Shown here: positions 51,701 to 64,000 of the stretch, piece by piece | Layout of the letters: each line of letters begins with the position of its first letter | Numbering within the stretch: the stretch's first letter is position 1 | Assembly (NCBI RefSeq): GCF_006345805.1 | Contig: NC_043010.1 | Coordinates: forward strand, 55,862,001-55,926,000 | Length of the DNA stretch: 64,000 nt | Direction of reading: 5' to 3' | DNA from: Octopus sinensis | Lineage: Eukaryota | Made by a program: the position numbers and the translations under genes | The notes under the pieces: generated by a model | Told to the model about the DNA's origin: nothing | Seen by the model: only the letters and a program-made list of their open reading frames with translations | Databases searched by the model: none

Positions 51701-52159
51701 GCGGGAAAGATATGCCATAATATACATCTGGAAGATCCTGGAGGGAAGTGTCCTGAACTTTGGCATCGAGAGTTACGCAAATGCCAGAACTGGGCGCCAC
51801 TGCGTGGTGCCTAGGACTCCAAACCTGCCATCAAGATGTAGGACAAGATTCTGTGATAGCCTGGGCTTCCGAGGCCCACAGCTCTTCAATATCCTCCTGA
51901 AGAACCTGAGAGACCTGCATGGGGTGGATACAGATGTCTTTAAAATGAAGCTGGATCTCTTCCTGTCAGGTGTCCCAGATGAACCAACTTCACGGCAGGA
52001 GGGGCAGATGAGGGCAGCTGCATCGAACTCTCTCATGCACCAAATAGCAGTTGCTAGAAAGCCTCCATGATGTGAAACCAAGTAGCAACACCAAATGGCG
52101 GTGCCCCAGCATGGCCACAGCTCATAAGCTGAAACTAGAATCAATCAATCAATCAATCA

Positions 52160-52162
<3 letters not shown>
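48721..52162 (+). mobile_element. CR1/L2-group LINE: ORF1 end, frameshifted APE-RT ORF2, 3' UTR, (AATC)n tail
   Basis: LLNIRGL, ALTETHL, YRPPD, PTRAGNTLDL, SDHN; ATGPDG, YRHISLTS, YLDFAKAFDKVDH, SGVPQ..LGPLLF, YADD, RDLG, DYCSQLWSP. Confidence 0.95.
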
Positions 52163-52244
<82 letters not shown>

Positions 52245-52299
52245 ATATACGTACAGGTGTATGTGTGTGTCGACTTATATATGTGATAGAATGTGAATA

Positions 52300-52520
52300 T
52301 CCTATTTTTACCTTTTACTTGTTTCTCTCATTAGACTGTAGACTGCGGCCATGCTGGGGCACCGCCTTGAAAAATTCTAGTCGAAAGAATCGACCCCAGT
52401 ACTAATTTTTTTATAGCTTCTTACTTATTTTCTCGGTGATTTTAGCCGAACCGCTAAGTTATGGGGATGTAAACACACCAGCATCGGTTGTCAAACAGTG
52501 GTAGAGGGCAGACACACATA
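52300..52520 (-). mobile_element. SINE 3' half, inverted copy of the 32750 family
   Basis: ggccatgctggggcaccgcc..gccgaaccgctaagtta..catcggttgtcaa. Confidence 0.85.
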
Positions 52521-52527
52521 CACACAC

Positions 52528-52558
<31 letters not shown>

Positions 52559-52562
52559 GAGT

Positions 52563-52870
52563 GGAGGCGCAATGGCCCAGTGGTTAGGGCAGCGGACTCG
52601 CGGTCGTAGGATCGCGGTTTCGATTTCCAGACCAAGCGTTGTGAGTGTTTATTGAGCGAAAACACCTAAAGCTCCACGAGGCTCCAGCAGGGTGGGGGGG
52701 GCGATCCCTGCTGTACTCTTTCGCCACAACTTTCTCTCACTCTTTCTTCTGTTGGCCTGCTCGCTTAGCCAGCGGGGTGGCGTCATTTAAAGGCTAAAAC
52801 AATGCGAAACACATTGTGACCAGCGATGTGTAGCAACATCTGATAGCCTGGTCGGTCACCGGTGATCTCT
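52563..52870 (+). mobile_element. tRNA-derived SINE, distinct family
   Basis: A box tggcccagtggtta and B box ggtttcgatttcc; non-tRNA 3' body. Confidence 0.8.
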
Positions 52871-53054
52871 GTGGTTCCGTGGATAGGGTCGATATATCGC
52901 TTGTTTGCTGCTGCGCTCATTAACCTCTTTTCCCCTGACTTGCGATGTTCATTCAAGGTGCTCCTCCATGTTGGCCGGTGAGCAGGAGGCTCTCCCATTA
53001 CTCTGCGTTGAAGACAAGGACCGTCAAATCTCCTGTATTGTAGCCGAGGTCGAT

Positions 53055-54610
53055 GACCCGTGTGAATACCATGCCGACAACACTGAGAAGGGAGATGCCC
53101 CTGAAGTTGTTGCAGTTGCTTCTTTCACCCTTTAGCACTTTCTTGCCTGAACTGACAGAAGACCCCATGAAGTGGCTGCAGTAGGGTAGTCTTGCATTGC
53201 TTGATCAGGTCTGGGGGAATCCCATCGCTGCCCGGAGCCTTGCCCGAGGCCAAGCCATCTATAGCCTTGCTGAACTCGATCAGGGTTGGCTCAGCGTCAG
53301 GCTCAGTGGCATCAAGAGCCGAGTGGGACACTGTGTTCTGTCTGGAGTAGAGATCAGAGTAATGTTCCACCCATTTCTCCATGCTGACTTCTGTTAGTGA
53401 TTATTTCCCCAGTGCTGAATTTAAGGGGAACTGTCTTGCTCTGAACTGGTCCTAGTGCTTTTTTGATGCCTCTTAACATGCTTCTGATGTTCCCTGATAC
53501 GGCGGCTGTCTGGATGTCCTCACTGAGTTGTGTCCCGTACTCACTGGCACAGCACCTGACAGTCCATTGTATCTTGCCTCTGGCAGCCCTGAGACTCTGC
53601 AGGTTCCTCTTGCTGGGTGATCGCTTTTACTATTGCAGCACGTTTAGCCTCAATAACAGGGGTCGTCTTGGTGGACTTGGCCTCAAACCAGTCGTGCGAA
53701 TTCGAGACCCTCTTTCCAAAGGTAGCCGAGGCTGTGCTGTGTATGATGTTTCGCAAAATTTCCCACTTCTTTGTCGCAGTCTGCTGGCTGCAAGGTGCAA
53801 AGCTCTTTCTTAAAAGTCACCGTGGATTGCTCTTCATGGTCCAGTTGAGACATCTTGCTGACATTAAGGTGGGGATTCTCCTGTTTCTTGACTCTATAGA
53901 ATCTCCTCAGATCCTACAACACACCAAGGAGTACTCTGTGTCACAGTCGGTAAGAGCGTGTTGAGAAGGGTGGCAATGTTCACATTCAGTCTCTTCAATT
54001 CAGTGTTAATCATGGCTGTTTCTCTGGAGTCGCTTATGTTCAGTTTGTTGTCGGAAAGGTCAGTTATCTTTGTCCGGATAATCCAAGTTCTCTGTTTTAA
54101 AGATGGTCGCTTTTGTTGTTTTGCTGTTTTATCTGGTGCAGAGTTTGTCGTCTGTTATTCGGATGGATCCTTAAAAATCGTGCATCCAATGAGGAAAGCA
54201 AACTGTGACGGGACAGCGCCTTACTAACTGGGTGGTGCCCAACTTAAGGTAGGCGATAGCTATCCAGTGAGATCCAAAAATCTCTTCCAACGTCGGGAGA
54301 AACCCCTGGCGCGTTGCCTAATGCCAATGATTGAAACCTTATCGACAGTAATTGCTGCTGCCCGTTTTGTGTCCACGCTATAGGCGAAGCTGGAGCATCT
54401 TGGCCTGGTGTACGGTGTGGGTGTGTTGATGAATGATGTATAGTGGTGGTTGGATCCAAACCTGAGCGATGTATTATGAGGGGCAGAATGTTGCCTATGC
54501 ACAACACTACAAGTTCCAAAAGAACAGCAGAGGCTTGGAGTCAGAGTTTTCCTTCTCCTTGATGGACTGTCTGCCAAGGCTAACGATCTCTGTCTGCTCT
54601 CATGCGGTAG
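53055..54610 (-). mobile_element. RTE-clade LINE 5' portion (5' UTR, deleted APE, RT start)
   Basis: ggagaaggaaaactctga UTR word; TAMINTELKRLNVNIATL; WVEHYSDLY, GKAPGSDGIP, KGERSNCNNFRGISLL. Confidence 0.85.
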
Positions 54611-55399
54611 GTAGTACTGGGTTACATGGTAGTCAGTAGGAGAGGAAAATCAAGGAAATCAGAAAAACTGTAACATAGATATGTGCATGCTATTGTAGGG
54701 CTTTTGATACACATGAGTTCTTCCGCCCTTTGACAGATTTTGTTTTTTATCCTACAGGATGTCCAATAATCACCCTCCTCACCAAGCAAGCCTGGTGGGG
54801 TTATCGGTTCAGTCGCCGACGATCCGATCATGCCACAGGTTGTACTGGGTTACATGTTACCAGTAGCACTCGGAAGTGACCTGATATATATGTGTGTGTA
54901 TGGCAAATCTATATATATCGTACATTTTAAAACTTCCCTTTATATTTTTATATCGTTATATTCCTTTTTTATTTTATTTTATGCCTGGGGTAGTCGGGTG
55001 GGAGTAGCACCTCCGATGGGGGCGGGGATTATCGCATCCTTTTAGAGTTGGTCCGCCCACCTTGGAACCCACTTGACTTACAGCTCTCACCTATGACTCC
55101 TCGTGACTGTATGCATGCAACAGCGGATACACCCCGGGCAACAGCTTCGACAGGCCAGCTAAGCTGGGTGAGGGTAGCCGACGGGTCTGAAGCCCTCGAT
55201 GAGTAAATCAGGGTTCGCCTACCTTTGGCATGCGAAGACTGGTTCCGGCGGACTGGGTGGACGAGACCAAAAGTGGTCCAACGGCTAAGAAGGCAGTTCC
55301 AGCAGGCATTGTGGAGCCCTTAGAGCAGAACAAGACGCGCGGACTCTGTGGTCATCCATTGTAGTAGGGAGGTTTCCAGACGTAACGGTTCTTGATGCC

Positions 55400-56380
55400 A
55401 CCGATCAGGGTCTTTTCTGCCGAGAAAGTGGGATTGTCCACATGCAGCGACTCTTCCACTTTAATCAACCTCTCGCACAGGTGTCTCTGTATCCCAGCCC
55501 CTACTTCCCACTGAAATCCTGCGGAGACAGGGGAATGACAAAAGTGACAGTTGGAGATAGCCACTGAAAGTGATAGTCACGAACCTGCACGTTGGTGGCC
55601 TGGGACTTTGGTCGTTGTTCTTCGAACTCGGAACAGCGGAGGACTCCGGAAGCATCTTAGGCGACTGGGCAGCCCTTTTTAGGAACGCACTGCTCACCCC
55701 AGTAAGGAGCCTAGAAATGGTAGCCTAAAGAAAGCCTGCCCTACACCGTCTGGCTAATTTACCGCGGTTGGCAGACATACCCACAAGCGCATTGGCTTTT
55801 CCACGAGGCTTGGACTCCAGATCTGTGCGCTTCGTGAATGCCGCTACGGATCTATTGAGAATTTTTAAACGGCCTCCACCCATTGTCATGCCGTCATAGT
55901 ACTGGCCGCCTTCCACGCCATGTTGTCCGTAACAAGATCGTAAAGCATGTACTGCAGGCTTCCCTTCCCTGCTCGAGCCAGCAGAGCTTAACCGAAGTAA
56001 CAGTAGAAGGCCGGACGGTATGACAATTTTCCAGTTCTGTGGTGGCAGACCCTCCACCTGGGATGTCACATGCTATGACACATTCTCCAGCGGCAGCTTG
56101 GTGTTGTCAGCTACAAGCTCAGGCTACGCTGCTCGTCAGGCCGAGAAAAAAAAAACTGTCATGGCATCGGTCGCTCTCTGACAGGTTTATGGTTGAGTCT
56201 GTGGTAGTTGAGACATCCGGTGTCCTTGTTCCCCGGGTCACATCCCCACTCACCGCATTTAGGACAGAGATTGCTGTTCGCAAGTGCAAGCCCCGTACGT
56301 CAGAGTGGTTGTTCCAGTGCATCTCCCTCGCTATTATCCGGGATAACACCTTTTCCATTTTGTTTACTGTGCCATGAGAA
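55400..56380 (+). mobile_element. CRE-clade non-LTR retrotransposon C-terminus (zinc knuckle and REL endonuclease)
   Basis: RLGLQIC..C..GLHPLSCRHSTGRLPRH..N..; LLEP..L.R...RRPDGMT..GRPSTWDVTCYDT..AARQAEKKK..VETSG..WLFQCISLAIIRDN. Confidence 0.85.
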
Positions 56381-57164
56381 ATATTTTTATACTAGCGGGA
56401 CCCGTGACTATTTCACGGAATTAATGGTAAACTTATTGGGTTTACTTATGAAAACTTTATCCAAAACCTGAAAGCCCAACCTGTGTAGTGTCTGTATCAA
56501 AAGATAGTCACTTATCTGTTAATCATTGAAAAGTGAAGGAAATTGGAATATAACGATTACTTAATGCGTTTTATATATATACTTTATATACTTTATGCAC
56601 AATTTTATAGAATTACTACGCAACACTCCCATCTTTCTCTCTCACTCTTCACCTCATCCTCTTTTTCTTTCACTCTTTACCTTTCCCTTCAGCTAATCAC
56701 GCGAGAGTGTTACAGGCACGCTAAGTAACGGAGGAAAACAAACTTAGTTAAAAGACAAATTATACATTTAATTTAGTTTTAAAAAATACACCTAACCCCA
56801 TCCACCCTTCAGCTAATCACGTTACGGACGAGCTAAGTAACGGAGTGACAAGCAGAATTATTACATGATTGTATAAGAGGCAAGATTCTCCGTATTAGAG
56901 TAATACAACGATAAAAATCACTAAATAATCTCCTCCATTGGTCCTACGCATTCCGCTATGACGTAGCCTCTCCCCTACTACCCATCCATAAGTGGTGGTG
57001 TTTTATCCCACCCCTGCCCTATCCTCTGTTCTATCTTTCCTTGTTTCCCCAATACTGTGGGTATAGTCGACTAAACAGCTAGCAACTAAGATTCTTTTCA
57101 TTCGTAATTTCTCGCTCAAAATTCGTTGGCAGGAGCTTCAGAATACACCAGTCATATCGACAAG

Positions 57165-57550
57165 TTCAAGATCAGTTCATGAATTTTCATATTTTCATTC
57201 GTTCAGGGTGTCGACGTTCGCCCTGAACGAGGTTGGGCTTCAAGCAACAAGTGGCCATTCCTAAAACGTGAAAACAACTCGAAAACTAGTGTTTTGCTCA
57301 TGGCAGTGTCCTTGTAAGCTGTTTGAATCATGATAACTGATTCGGCGGCCGTTTTACCCAGCAGAATTTCACGGAAGCACGCTGTTTCTTCGTTTCGGCC
57401 AAACAGGGGAGAAGCACTGCAATACAAAGACGCATAACACGGATGAGGCCGGTCAGCAAACTGAGGGTCGCAGCAGTGGCTGCCAGCGACAACAGAAGCC
57501 TCAACTACAACAGACTGGTCATACATAGAACGTTACTTTTGGATACCTTA
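57165..57550 (-). mobile_element. mariner 5' fragment
   Basis: LLGKTAAESVIMIQTAYKDTAMSKTLVFELFSRFRNG..RSGRTST. Confidence 0.8.
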
Positions 57551-57855
57551 TCATATATGTGCGATGGTTTTGTGTGTGTGTGTAGAATATTTTTTAAGCT
57601 TCTTTTCATATTTATATTTTAAAGATCTTTCTCATTCGCACAATGAGCCACCCCCCTCCCTAATTTTGCTCAGATTGCTTTCAATTTCGGTGTATCGATG
57701 CAACTCTGAATTTTGATTACGATCGAGCAATTACTTTATCTCGTAAATTAAAGAATTTGATGTTATTAGGAATTAAAGTTGGGAAATTTGGGTAATTTTA
57801 ACCAATCAACAGACAGCGTTGCATTAGCAACTTGTTACCATGACAACCACACGCT

Positions 57856-58315
57856 GTGTTTCACTTCACCTGTGTCTGTGCCGCACGTTGTTCCGTCTTG
57901 ATTCTTCTTAACACCACGAGATTCTTGTCACCCACGTATTTTGTTTTAATTTTTCTCTGTGTTAGTATATTACATATTTTTCTGTGCTTCTGTGTGTTGG
58001 TATTTTTACATAGTTTCTATTTCATATATTTTGGGGACAAATTCTTTGTTGACCAGTGTTATTCTTATCGTAGTTTACAAATCCAAGCATGAAAACGTTA
58101 CTCAACTTTGGAGTTTTGGAGACAGACGCCCCCTTTTCACACACACACACTCTTATATATTAACGATGTACGCAAATACACGACAGGTATACATAATACT
58201 GAAATACGCATAAAGTAAACACGTGCAGGCAAATACATTATTATAGCCGATTTTCAGAGTTTTTTACTTCCTTTTAAAAAATTGCATCTTTTGCGAATGA
58301 AAAAATTAGATCCTA
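57856..58315. repeat. Inverted, internally deleted homologue of 6880-8030
   Basis: Three colinear matching blocks (see 6880-8030). Confidence 0.75.
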
Positions 58316-58599
58316 TTTTTATATTCCTTTTTATATTCATATTTTTATATTACTTTTATATTCATATATACATGTAAATCCTATGCTATCCCTCCTTTTT
58401 TTGTTTATACACACTGGAGTGTGAAAGGCTAGGGGTGTAAACCCTACAGAAAATCCGGAGAGAGGACCCCTAAGGCAGCTGGTGGGGAGGACTGAGCGAA
58501 ACCATCTTCTGGGAAATCCTGCAACCTTGCTGATTTTCAAAACGTACTGACTTTGTCATTCCTTTGGAGACAATCAACACAATTGAGAGGGGAAAAGTG

Positions 58600-58850
58600 T
58601 AAAAGGGGTGAGACATTTTTTCCATATCATATGCCCAGGTAAGCAACATAATCAACCAGGGAGTACACTGCAATACGAGCGACCAGTGTACGAACCCTAC
58701 GCTCAACCACGGCTATAGCGACATGACTACAATGGAGGAGACACTTCACCTTGCTTTCAGAAAGCATAAACTCAACATGAGACGGATTAAAAGTTGCGTC
58801 TATTTGGTGAACGGAGAAGGCGCCACAGGTCACCTCTGTCAGTGAAGGCA
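58600..58850 (-). mobile_element. Possible LINE RT C-terminal remnant
   Basis: TFNPSHVEFML followed by AYLGI, as in the FN..K / YLG region of RT thumbs. Confidence 0.3.
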
Positions 58851-59124
58851 GCTATTTAGCTACATTGATCAGCTACCGCCCGTCTCACGCTTGTAATCCT
58901 CCAGTTGGTGTTATGACTAGGGTGCCATATTTTTGGTTTTGCACAGAGTTTTATTGTAGAAAGTGTCTGTCAAAACATCAAAAAAATTTAAAATTTGTTT
59001 TTAAAATAATTTGATTCTTAGATGATAGTGAGGTCTTAAAATGACAGTAAAAGGTGTTTGTTACGTACGTTTAAGAGTACTTTTTACAATGTTTACAATA
59101 TTTTTCGTAGGATATGAGCAGTTC

Positions 59125-59226
59125 CCATGGGGTCGATAAATTAAGTACCAGTGAAACATGAGTGTCAATGTAATCGACTAGTCCCCTCCCACCCAAATTT
59201 CAGGCCTTTAGTAGATAGTAGAAAGG

Positions 59227-59310
<84 letters not shown>
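59125..59310 (+). mobile_element. 5'-truncated SINE with (ATT)n/(AGT)n tail
   Basis: ggggtcgataaattaagtaccag..caaatttcaggcct, same family as 19160. Confidence 0.85.
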
Positions 59311-61669
59311 TATTGTTGATGGTCGCAAGTCAAAACTGGTTCTGTAAATTACTTGGAAAATATTTTGTCCATGACCATCCTGTCGTATTGCATAGTTAAG
59401 GCAAGACACCAGCACTACAAGTGCGGGAGGATGAGTCTTAATTGAAAAGTCATCATTACTTCTATCCCTCCACACTGAAAATAACAATTCTGCCCATTGT
59501 TTTCTTGCTTTTCCCACCTCTCTCTCTCTCTCTGCAAAAACAAAGTTCTAGTCTCAAATTCTCTCAGCATCCTTTAAAATCCTTTAAAGTTTAGGTTGAT
59601 GACGTCCTCTTCCCTATCTATTTCCCGAGTATGTCCTTTTTGCTCCTTGATAATTCTGTCCATTCTCCCCTTCAGTTATTCTCATTATTTTTCCTTGTCA
59701 AAATGATTTCTCAATAAAAATCTACCATTTCGACACCCAAGCCTATTTTCCAAATTTTAATAAAATATTTAAAAACGAATGCTTGCATCATCAAACTCAG
59801 CTTCCCTCTTTTCCTGCCAATTATCATATTTTATTCCTTCGGTGTCCTAACCTAGTTTTGTAGGAACACAAAACAAAGATACTATAAAAATTGGAATATT
59901 ATTTTGGTAAAATTTCAAGGAGAATGATCTGCAGAAACATGAATATCAAATGATATTTGTTGACAAATGGGCAGAGGCAGGCATGGTTATTTTGGTTAAG
60001 AAGTTCACAACTACATGGTTCTAGGTTCCAACACACTGCACGACAATTTGGATAAAGTAACTTCTTTCATCGCCTTTGGTCGACTAATGCACGGTGATAT
60101 TTGGTAAACACTGCACAATAGTCCATCGCGCGCGCGAATAACGTCTGGGTATGTCTTGGGTAACACATATAACTGTGTGTATGATATATGTGTGTGTGTG
60201 TATTCAATTACGAATTAAAAGCAACGATAGTGCTGTAATATTATTGACCACAAACACAGATATTGAGTATATGCAGTCGATGACGTTCACAACACTAGCG
60301 CTGCTTTGAATTCATCATGGAATGTAACCTGATGTATTCATCGCCGTGGCATACCAGCAAATGGTACTCACATATAGTCATAGACTGGCGATTCGGTTCG
60401 TCCCTGGTTCAATTCAGGTACGTGATATTGATAAGCCACAAAAATGGCGAAATTTCGGTATGCATCACTTGTGAATGAGATTGGAAGCGAGTTGTTTCAC
60501 CCGTCTATGGATTTCGGGTATTCTAGCACCCAGTGCTATGAAGTCGTAATCCCCAAAGCACTATACCCCCACGAACAAGCAAAACACATACAATCTCGAG
60601 GAGGAATAAGTCTCTAATTATTGTGTGTGGGTGGGTGTACCTATACACGCGCACACATACAGAAAGACAATCTCGTCGAGCCCAAACTGGTGAAATTTTA
60701 AAGTCACTGTCAAACATTTCCTTTTGAAAGTATTAAATGGTCCTTCATTTTAAAGTCAGTTTTATTTATATAAACCTATATCAACGCGTGCGCACACACG
60801 CACGTAGATTTAGATAAACGAACTTGGAGAGAGTATAAATATACTTTGTGGTGTTTGTCAAAGTTACCGACTTTTATAGTGAGGTGGCTGAGCCATTCAG
60901 TAACGAGAATGCTAGAAGACGAAGTACAATATAAGCATCAACCAAAACTCATGAATGCCATTTCTTAGCCTTCAAATCTGTCCCCAAACACCCTGCCACC
61001 ATCATTTTCCAATTCTTTGAATCACTTCGGCCTGTCTATCAAATCTCCCTATTTTATGTAACATTGACCATCAACATATGTCTATTAAGCCCTAACATAG
61101 TCCGCTGACACAACTCCCACCGAAATATCCCCTGTGAAGTCTTTAACGAGAATTGCTTTAGTGCAGCAGTTCAAAGACTGACAAATAAAACCAGGCCAGA
61201 CCCTCCGAAATATAGGAGATACTTTGGCCGTCCTCATTTTATGCATGAAAAATACAAATGGATCTTGTATCCGTATAATTCTTTCTTCATCATAGTTTTG
61301 GACAAATTTGAAGGGATTAAAACAATCATTATTCTATTAAACATGACGATGTATCCACTTCCTTTTGAACTCTCATAGCTCCATTGTTATTATCGTAAGG
61401 TGGGTTGCGATTGGTAGAGTGTCACGTGGTGTCGTGGTTTGGTACTGGTATAACAGTATGTCAGTGACGACAGTTAGTTGGAAAAAATCGCATGGAAATC
61501 GACCACGTGGTGGAGAGAAATTCTGTCAGGTTGTTGGAAGGGAGGTTAGGAAGGGACGGTATGCGTGTGTGTATAGTTGTATATGTGGCTGTGTGGACGC
61601 GCTCACATGGTTTTGCGTGCATATCTGTATTGATGCGAGCGTGCGCCGCGCACACCCACACACATACAT

Positions 61670-61703
<34 letters not shown>

Positions 61704-62494
61704 TATATATGATCGGACACGTGTGCGCGCACACACACACGCGTACATACACACACATGCATACACATGCACGCGCACACACATCCACACATGGATATTC
61801 ATTCATATGTACAGTGCATGCATGAGTATATATGCACATAACAAGCACTGGGTGTTGGTAAGCGTTGGGGATTGGTAAGCGTTTGGGTTTGGTAATTGGC
61901 GGTCCAGCTCATGAGGTTGGCTGGTGACGGTGACCTTGGAGCAGAGTAGGAGTTAGTAGTAAGGTGGTATATCAGGGTTGTCGGCAGTCAGTGGCTTGAA
62001 ATTTGTCAGAAGGGCATACCGCTGGGGATAGCAATAAGATAAATCGTATTTCTTATTGGTGGCTACTACGAGATATCCCAGGGTGTGAGCTGCTCCATGA
62101 TCGGAGACAAATAAGGAAATGAGAAAGGAGTAGATTAACGAAATGACGACATAGATGATAGGAGAGAAGGAATAAGGACTTTAACCTCCATAGATTTACA
62201 CAGGATTGCACCTAAGGACTTCTACATGATCGGACAATTCAACTGTGAACTTTTACGCTTCTTTTTCCTTCCCTTTCTTCATCTCCTTATTCCTTCTCTC
62301 TTGTCCTCCTCTATGTCGTCATTTCATTCATCTATACCCTTCTCATTTTCCCTATTTGTCTCTGATGACGGAATATCCCATGCTCTGGGATACCCTAGAA
62401 ACAGCAGTAAGACTTTGAATTTTTTCTAATAATAATATTGTATATGACTTGAGATGTTTGCCTTGCCTTAACGCTTGTTGTCCTCTTTAACAAT

Positions 62495-62552
<58 letters not shown>

Positions 62553-62561
62553 TATATATAC

Positions 62562-63016
62562 ACGTATGGTTGGACGAAAACGAAGCACTGAAAACCTTCC
62601 CTAAACCCGAGCTCTTCAAAAAGAAGGTTATGGTGACTGTTTAGTGGTGTAGTGCTGGATTCATCCACTATAACTTCTTAAAACCCGGAAAAACATTACT
62701 TCAGAAACATATTGCCAAGATAAACGAAAAACTGCTACTCCCCAGACCTTTTACCTGCTGACTACCACATTTTCAAGCACCTTGATGGTTTCCTGCGAGA
62801 GGAGTTCAAAAATCAAACCGATGCTGAAAGTGTGTTCAAAGAGTCCATCAGCTCCAGAACTCCAGATTTTTATGTTACTGGAATAAACAAACTTGTAACT
62901 CGTTGGCAAAAATGTGTTGATTGTAACGTTACTTACGTTGATGAATAAAATTTCCGTATTGTTGAAATATATTGTGATGAATTTCGTGTTTCAAAACGTT
63001 ACTTACTTCAGCCTGA
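62562..63016 (+). mobile_element. mariner catalytic-domain remnant with internal deletion
   Basis: KKVMVTV.W...G.IHY..L..G.TITSE.YC; YSPDL..DYH.FKHL; GINKLVTRWQKCVD. Confidence 0.85.
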
Positions 63017-63129
63017 TATATATGGTCGGTTAAAAGGTGTGTAGCTCAATAAAGATATGCTCAAAGCAAAGCTGAACAAGACCTTATGTGGTAGTCTCTT
63101 CAGCAGCGCTGGTTTACTTGTGCTGTTAT

Positions 63130-63480
63130 AGAGAGGTGGGTTACTACGAATAGGGAAGAACATCGGTTGGCTACGACGCAAAGTGCCATGGAAAGATATA
63201 TGTTAGAAACACAATTACGAGAGCATATCCAAAAGGAGACAATTCGAGAACGGAGCTGGGTGAACAACGTAATCGCAAAATACCGGGAGCTCGAGTCCCG
63301 TCGTAATGTTTACAAACAACAGGTGGACCCGTCCAGTTGCCGACTGATATCTAAGAGATCTGAAATGACCATTTGAAAGGCCTCCACGACGATGGGAAGA
63401 CGATTTAGTTAAACGATTTATAACAAGATGGAAAAGAATGACGCAATCAAGAAAGAATTGGAAAAGCATTGTGATCAGGG
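63130..63480 (+). mobile_element. RTE-clade LINE 3' remnant
   Basis: TQSAMERYML..LRE.I....IR; RPPRRWEDDL..W.RMTQ.R..W. Confidence 0.7.
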
Positions 63481-63747
63481 ATGTACAGCAACATAGTCTG
63501 ATCGATACAGATGTGTGTGTGTGTGTGTGCGCGCGTCTATGCATGTATGTATGTATCTATCTATGCATATATGTAGTGGAATATTTAAAACTGGATTCTG
63601 AGACGTCCAGACATCTTAGTTGTTTCTTGTCAACGCCATATTTTACTGTTTTATTCCTCGCTCGCATCACCAGGAGTTTATCAAAACTCACCATTTTGCT
63701 CAAATATATATATGTAAAAAATGTATACATTTTCGAGTCTATATATT

Positions 63748-63826
<79 letters not shown>

Positions 63827-64000
63827 ATATGTTTGTGGAAATTAGTCATGTTGTGATGAAACATCGACACGAAACCTTGCCTAATGACCCACTGAGATAC
63901 AAACTTACACACACATGCATACACGCACACACGTGCATACATACGCGCGCGCGCTTCAAGTCCTTGTCTTTGCAAAGGTAAGAGAGTTGAGAGGGAAACG

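Noticed and set aside
55080-55350. GC-rich segment resembling an RTE 5' UTR with a possible HDV-like ribozyme
   Set aside because: The nested double pseudoknot could not be built by eye; it needs a motif search.
56686-56846. Local ~45-bp direct duplication (cccttcagctaatcacg..gctaagtaacggag); also a 21-bp tandem near 31965
   Set aside because: Ordinary small duplications with no associated structure.
1-64000. CRISPR array, rRNA or genuine tRNA genes
   Set aside because: No repeat-spacer array or rRNA-like sequence was seen; the tRNA-like boxes all belong to SINE heads without a complete cloverleaf.

Overview
AT-rich, repeat-dominated eukaryotic DNA with no intact gene. The SINE families, Penelope-type tails and long (TA)n/(TACA)n arrays match my recollection of octopus (coleoid cephalopod) repeats; the organism assignment is inference. 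The window holds remnants of many transposon groups: BEL/Pao, three Ty3/Gypsy-type LTR elements, four RTE LINE pieces, two CR1/L2-group LINEs, an L1/Tx1 3' end, two restriction-like-endonuclease non-LTR elements (R4/Dong-like and CRE-like), a Penelope-like element (PLE), mariner and maT pieces, a hAT MITE and many tRNA-derived SINEs. Most long ORFs in the supplied track over 16.4-16.9, 25.8-28.9, 32.2-32.8, 41.2-44.1 and 47.8-48.7 kb are microsatellite artefacts. The most notable non-coding signals are three hammerhead ribozyme motifs with complete catalytic cores (8432-8519 +, 41139-41189 -, 44329-44374 +; the last two sit in an inverted repeat around 3.1 kb of simple repeats), a perfect 80-bp-arm palindrome, a 47-bp-arm hairpin, and repeated insertion of unrelated elements into (TA)n tracts. 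A few short candidate host exons with good splice signals suggest the window may be intronic to a long gene, but this is weakly supported. All protein-family calls come from motifs recognised by eye; no search was run.
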